The translations under genes were made by a program, and so were the position numbers. From Candidatus Hodarchaeum mangrovi (GTDB lineage Archaea > Asgardarchaeota > Heimdallarchaeia > Hodarchaeales > Hodarchaeaceae), in NCBI GenBank assembly GCA_016839515.1, contig JAEOUE010000229.1, forward strand, positions 1-10,958: a stretch of 10,958 nucleotides of DNA, written 5' to 3'. This document shows positions 7,320-10,958 of this stretch, piece by piece (position 1 is the stretch's first letter; each line of letters starts with the position of its first letter). The notes under the pieces are model-generated. The model did no database searches and had not been told where the DNA came from. It was given only the letters and a program-made list of their open reading frames with translations.

Positions 7320-7676
7320 ATGACAATAAATAAGAATAGAGCACCTCGTTCAATGCTTGATCGTGCCCAAGCAATATTCAAAATCATCAATGATATAGAT
7401 AGTCCATTTGCCAAAACGAAATTGACAAAAGCTAAAATAAGTCCAAAGGCCGCAGAAAATTGGTTAGACCTGATAGTATTTATTCAAAATCAACCTAAGA
7501 TTAGGGTTACAAAAACAGAAAGAAATACTTTTGTTGAGAAAGTAGGAGGCAAGTTCTCCCAAATGAGTTTGAATTTCTTTTTAGATGAGAACCAACCAAT
7601 TGAAAAAAGACTTCAAAGTTTGGAAGCTTATGCACAATCGATTTTTGTACAACAGCGGTTAGCAAAACGAGATTAA
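7320..7676 (+). CDS. Small (118 aa) basic protein, putative winged-helix DNA-binding regulator
   Basis: The first 26 codons of the 7242 ORF are AT-rich promoter sequence, so the likely start is ATG 7320 (MTINKNRAPRSMLDRAQAIFKII...). The helix-helix-helix-beta-hairpin pattern (AQAIFKII / KTKLTKA / PKAAENWLDLIVFIQ / KIRVTK..NTFVEK) is compatible with a wHTH. Confidence 0.65.
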   Translation: MTINKNRAPRSMLDRAQAIFKIINDIDSPFAKTKLTKAKISPKAAENWLDLIVFIQNQPKIRVTKTERNTFVEKVGGKFSQMSLNFFLDENQPIEKRLQSLEAYAQSIFVQQRLAKRD

Positions 7677-7682
7677 AAATGC

Positions 7683-7690
7683 TTTTTTTT
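7683..7690 (+). terminator. Oligo-T terminator
   Basis: T8 run starting 6 nt after the stop at 7676. Confidence 0.5.
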
Positions 7691-7853
7691 AAGATTATCT
7701 AAAATATTATCTTATTTAGGAAATAAATGGGTCTAAATATGATGGTACTGATTAATCAGCATATATTCTCCTTTTTTTTGTTACAATAAAAATGATTTTA
7801 TAGGAGAAATTCGATGCGCAATAAGATATAAGTTTTTCAGGAGAATAATCCAA

Positions 7854-8495
7854 ATGAATATAAGACAAAAAGTGCTTCTTGTATTTTCTTGGTTCTGCAT
7901 TCTCCTCTCCATTAGCATTTTAGTCTCTTTAATCGCCGCGAATTCGCAAAATATAGCAGTAATTTCCTTCATACGTACAATGCATGGTAATACTACAGGT
8001 AACTTCGGTGAAAATGGACGTGCAAGTTTTTCTTTCTATGGTGGGGGACTTTCGGCTTGGAATGACACCGCAATGGTCCCAGTAAAGTATGAGTATAGTT
8101 TCTATGATTCTACTGTCAATCGTAGTGCTTATTATTGGCTAGCATTTGTTGTTGAGTTTATTAACCCAGAAGGAGAAGTTATCTTCAATGCTACTCGAAA
8201 AATCTTTACTTATCAGAATACAGGTTATGAATTTTTTGATCAATTTGAAACAGATTTAAACTGGTATCTTCCAACTGAAATGAGTGAAATCTCTAATGGT
8301 GAGGTATGGCATGGCATTGCGTATATGATTGGTAAAGTGACCTATGATCAACTTATATATAGTAATAGCAGCAATTTTTGGGATATTACATATACCACTT
8401 CTAACTTTTCTCACTCTAGTGTTTTAACCGTTCTTCCCATAATTCTAGCATTGAATACACTAATTATGTTTTCACGCAAAAAAACATCCAAATAA
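7854..8495 (+). CDS. Hypothetical cell-surface glycoprotein (N-terminal signal/TM, beta-rich ectodomain, C-terminal TM + basic tail)
   Basis: N-terminal RQK followed by a hydrophobic stretch. Six N-x-S/T sequons (NTT, NDT, NRS, NAT, NSS, NFS). C-terminal VLTVLPIILALNTLIMFSRKKTSK. SD-like AGGAG at 7839-7843. Confidence 0.7.
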   Translation: MNIRQKVLLVFSWFCILLSISILVSLIAANSQNIAVISFIRTMHGNTTGNFGENGRASFSFYGGGLSAWNDTAMVPVKYEYSFYDSTVNRSAYYWLAFVVEFINPEGEVIFNATRKIFTYQNTGYEFFDQFETDLNWYLPTEMSEISNGEVWHGIAYMIGKVTYDQLIYSNSSNFWDITYTTSNFSHSSVLTVLPIILALNTLIMFSRKKTSK

Positions 8496-8510
8496 CTTTT
8501 CAACCATACA

Positions 8511-8530
8511 CTTCTCTCTTTTTTTTATTC
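8511..8530 (+). terminator. Pyrimidine/oligo-T terminator
   Basis: cttctctcttttttttattc about 15 nt after the stop at 8495. Confidence 0.45.
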
Positions 8531-8683
8531 TGTTCCCTGACTCTCGTTATCTTTTCCCTTGGATTTCTTAAAAAAATTATTTAGTTTGAGAAGTATTGAA
8601 ACAGCAATTTTACCTAGTGTCTAATTAGATATTTTTAAATCATTAAAAAATCACTCCTATTTACAAAACTGGAGATTTTCTTC

Positions 8684-9667
8684 ATGGAAACCAAGTTGGT
8701 TCATTCCTATAGTGCTTTAATTCTTGCTGGAGTAGCATTTGGTACAGTTCCTATTTTCTCTGCTATTTTACGAGATTTACAAGTCTCTAGTATTGAACAA
8801 AGCTTCATGCGTCTGTTAATTGGATTTATTGCAGGTGGATTTCTAATATGTAAATATATATGGGATTCTCCTGAGAATGTTGGTCTTAGTGGAAGATTTT
8901 TACACCAAAAATCTTATATTATTCAAGGATTTCTATTATCCTCAGCATTAAATTGCTATTTAGCTTCAATTGCTCTAAACACGCCAATTGGAACAGCTGC
9001 TTTTTTAATTCAGATTCACCCTTTAGTCACTTTTTTTCTGGGATATTTTCTATTAAATGAAAAAATAAATAAGAATAAAGTTCTTGCATTGTTCTTTGCC
9101 CTTTTAGGAGTGATAATTCTTACAAAACCATGGGAGTATTCTCTTTTCATTAACTCTTTTCCAGGAGTCGTTTTAGCTGGCATCTCAGGATTATCATATG
9201 GGCTTTATTTAATTATGGGAAAATTAGTTCAAGACCAAAGATCGATGATACCTCAATCCATTTCTTTTGGATGGATTTTAATCTGGGGATTCATTATGTG
9301 GTTTCCTTTTCTAATTTTTTCAAAGACTTTTCTAACAGCTCCTCAAATTAATTTTTTCAATATATGGACGTATTTTAATCCTTTACATCTTACATTTGGT
9401 ATTTGTCTTGGTGTAATCGGGAATGTTATTCCTTTTGGATTAATTATAGTGGCAATAAAACATGTTTCATCATTCAAAGCATCAGTTTTTTTACTAATTG
9501 AACCACTAGCAGCAATTATTCTCGCAACAATGGTACTTCATGAGCCGATTTCAGTTTGGTATCTCTTAGGAGGATTTTTCATTCTAATAGCTTCTTTCCT
9601 AATGTTAAAGCCTTATGTTTCTCCTCCATTAACAAAATCAAAGGAAATTATTCTTGAATTACCTTGA
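8684..9667 (+). CDS. EamA/DMT family transporter
   Basis: About 10 hydrophobic segments in two repeats. Motifs GVAFGTVPIF, TPIGTAAFLIQIHPLVTFFLGYFLLNEKI and ASVFLLIEPLAAIILATMVLHEPIS are typical EamA signatures. GGAG at 8671-8674. Confidence 0.92.
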   Translation: METKLVHSYSALILAGVAFGTVPIFSAILRDLQVSSIEQSFMRLLIGFIAGGFLICKYIWDSPENVGLSGRFLHQKSYIIQGFLLSSALNCYLASIALNTPIGTAAFLIQIHPLVTFFLGYFLLNEKINKNKVLALFFALLGVIILTKPWEYSLFINSFPGVVLAGISGLSYGLYLIMGKLVQDQRSMIPQSISFGWILIWGFIMWFPFLIFSKTFLTAPQINFFNIWTYFNPLHLTFGICLGVIGNVIPFGLIIVAIKHVSSFKASVFLLIEPLAAIILATMVLHEPISVWYLLGGFFILIASFLMLKPYVSPPLTKSKEIILELP

Positions 9668-9806
9668 CCAACCAAATGAACTGAAAAATTTTTTCATATA
9701 TTTTTTATTATAAGACAATCAATTATAATTGTATGAATATGGACTTTATTAACCAAAACATAATAAAAAAGAATTATAATTTGTTTATAATTCCAGGTGA
9801 CCATCA

Positions 9807-10958
9807 GTGAAGATTCTTTACTCAAAAGAAGAAATTAGACATCTACCTTATAGGAAAAGCGACCTACCTCTGGATGATCGAATAAAAGATATTTTAAAAC
9901 GATTAACTTTAGATGAAAAGATCCGATTATTGTCTGGCCATCGCATATTCAACACTGCTCCTATCCCCCGATTAGGATTACCACGGTTTCGAATGACTGA
10001 TGGCCCATTAGGAGTTTCTATGCTTTCAAGTGGATTAACCAAAAATACACGATTTCCATGTACAAAAGCCCTTGCTTCAACATGGAACAGAGAGTTAACT
10101 CGACAATTTGGAGAAAGTGTAGCAAAAGAGGTGGTAGCAGTAGGGAGACATTGCTTATTAGCACCTGGGATCAATATCGATCGAACCCCTTTTAATGGTC
10201 GGACATTCGAGTATTTTAGTGAAGATCCTTTTTTAATTAAAGAACTGGTCATCCCTCTTGTAAAGGCCGTTCAAGCTAATAGAATTGCCACCTGTGTAAA
10301 GCATTATGCAGCAAATAACCAGGAAACTTTTCGAAAGGAGATCGATGCACAAATCGATGAGAGAACCCTTCATGAAATTTATTTACGAGGATTTGAATCT
10401 ATTGTCAGAAATGCTGATCCTTGGTCTATTATGACCTGTTATAATAAGGTAAATGGAATATATGGTAGTGAACATCATTATCTTCTTCGAGATGTGCTAA
10501 TTAATAAATGGGGATTTAGTGGATTTATTGTCTCAGATTGGGGTGCTACTAAACATGATGAATTAACCACTGAGAAGTGTCTTGAGGCAGGGCTCTCCTT
10601 AGAAATGCCTAATGCCTACAAATATAAAAAGGATTTAGTGAAAGACGCCTTGTTAAAAGGAACCATTTCCGAAGGGCAGATAAATGATGTTTTACGACCG
10701 CTTTTAATAGTTATGGGAAAAACAGGATTATTTGATGAGTCTAAAACAGAATCAAAAGGTGAAAGGAACACTCTAGATCATCAGATATTAGCTAGGGAAA
10801 TTGCAGAAGAGGGAATTGTATTATTAAAAAATGATAATATATTACCCCTAAAATTGGAAAAACTTTCGTCAATTGCTGTTCTAGGGCCAAACAAGGATAC
10901 ACAGTTTGGAAAGTTGCTTTATGGAGGTAGTTCAGCAGTAAAGGCACCATATGAAGTA
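9807..10958 (+). CDS. Glycoside hydrolase family 3 (beta-glucosidase/BglX-like), 3'-truncated by the window edge; absent from the ORF track
   Basis: GTG 9807 follows the SD-like AGGTGA (9795-9800) and the frame is open to the end: MKILYSKEEIRHLPYRKSDLPLDDRIKDILKRLTLDEKIRLLSG...IPRLGLPRFRMTDGPLGV...LAPGINIDRTPFNGRTFEYFSEDP...KHYAANNQE...IMTCYNKVNG...WGFSGFIVSDWG (catalytic nucleophile Asp)...GLSLEMP...AEEGIVLLKNDNILPL...IAVLGPN. Confidence 0.95.
   Translation, partial: MKILYSKEEIRHLPYRKSDLPLDDRIKDILKRLTLDEKIRLLSGHRIFNTAPIPRLGLPRFRMTDGPLGVSMLSSGLTKNTRFPCTKALASTWNRELTRQFGESVAKEVVAVGRHCLLAPGINIDRTPFNGRTFEYFSEDPFLIKELVIPLVKAVQANRIATCVKHYAANNQETFRKEIDAQIDERTLHEIYLRGFESIVRNADPWSIMTCYNKVNGIYGSEHHYLLRDVLINKWGFSGFIVSDWGATKHDELTTEKCLEAGLSLEMPNAYKYKKDLVKDALLKGTISEGQINDVLRPLLIVMGKTGLFDESKTESKGERNTLDHQILAREIAEEGIVLLKNDNILPLKLEKLSSIAVLGPNKDTQFGKLLYGGSSAVKAPYEV

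Noticed and set aside
7180-7374. 64-aa minus-strand ORF
   Set aside because: Spans the AT-rich divergent promoter and overlaps both flanking genes.
7781-7972. 63-aa minus-strand ORF
   Set aside because: Overlaps the 5' end of the 213-aa gene on the opposite strand.
9848-10252. 134-aa minus-strand ORF
   Set aside because: Antisense shadow of the GH3 gene, which has unambiguous motifs on the plus strand.
1-10958. CRISPR arrays, tRNA/rRNA genes, IS elements or integrases
   Set aside because: No regularly spaced repeats, GC-rich structured RNA segments, terminal inverted repeats or transposase motifs were seen. Intergenic regions are short and AT-rich.

Overview
AT-rich, archaeal-looking window. 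The archaeal-type HMG-CoA synthase motifs, TATA-like promoters, oligo-T terminators and N-glycosylation-rich surface proteins with TM+basic C-terminal tails suggest an Asgard/Heimdallarchaeia-like genome, which is inference only. In order it carries: the 3' end of a membrane-anchored Ig-like surface protein; a divergent archaeal HMG-CoA synthase fused to a C-terminal DUF35-like (Zn-ribbon/OB) domain; a convergent minus-strand two-gene operon; a small divergently transcribed wHTH-like gene; a small surface glycoprotein; an EamA/DMT transporter; and the 5' part of a GH3 glycosidase. The operon encodes (i) an ATC-hydrolase/V4R-like domain + wHTH-like domain + HEAT-repeat protein and (ii) a ~923-aa protein combining a GlnD/GlnE/DUF294-type nucleotidyltransferase, a calcineurin-like metallophosphoesterase and a CBS pair. 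The small divergent gene resembles the internal wHTH-like segment of gene (i). The best candidate for an undescribed system is the 2478-7676 cluster, which looks like a self-contained sensor / writer-eraser nucleotidylation (or nucleotide-signalling) module. All domain calls are by motif recognition, without database searches.
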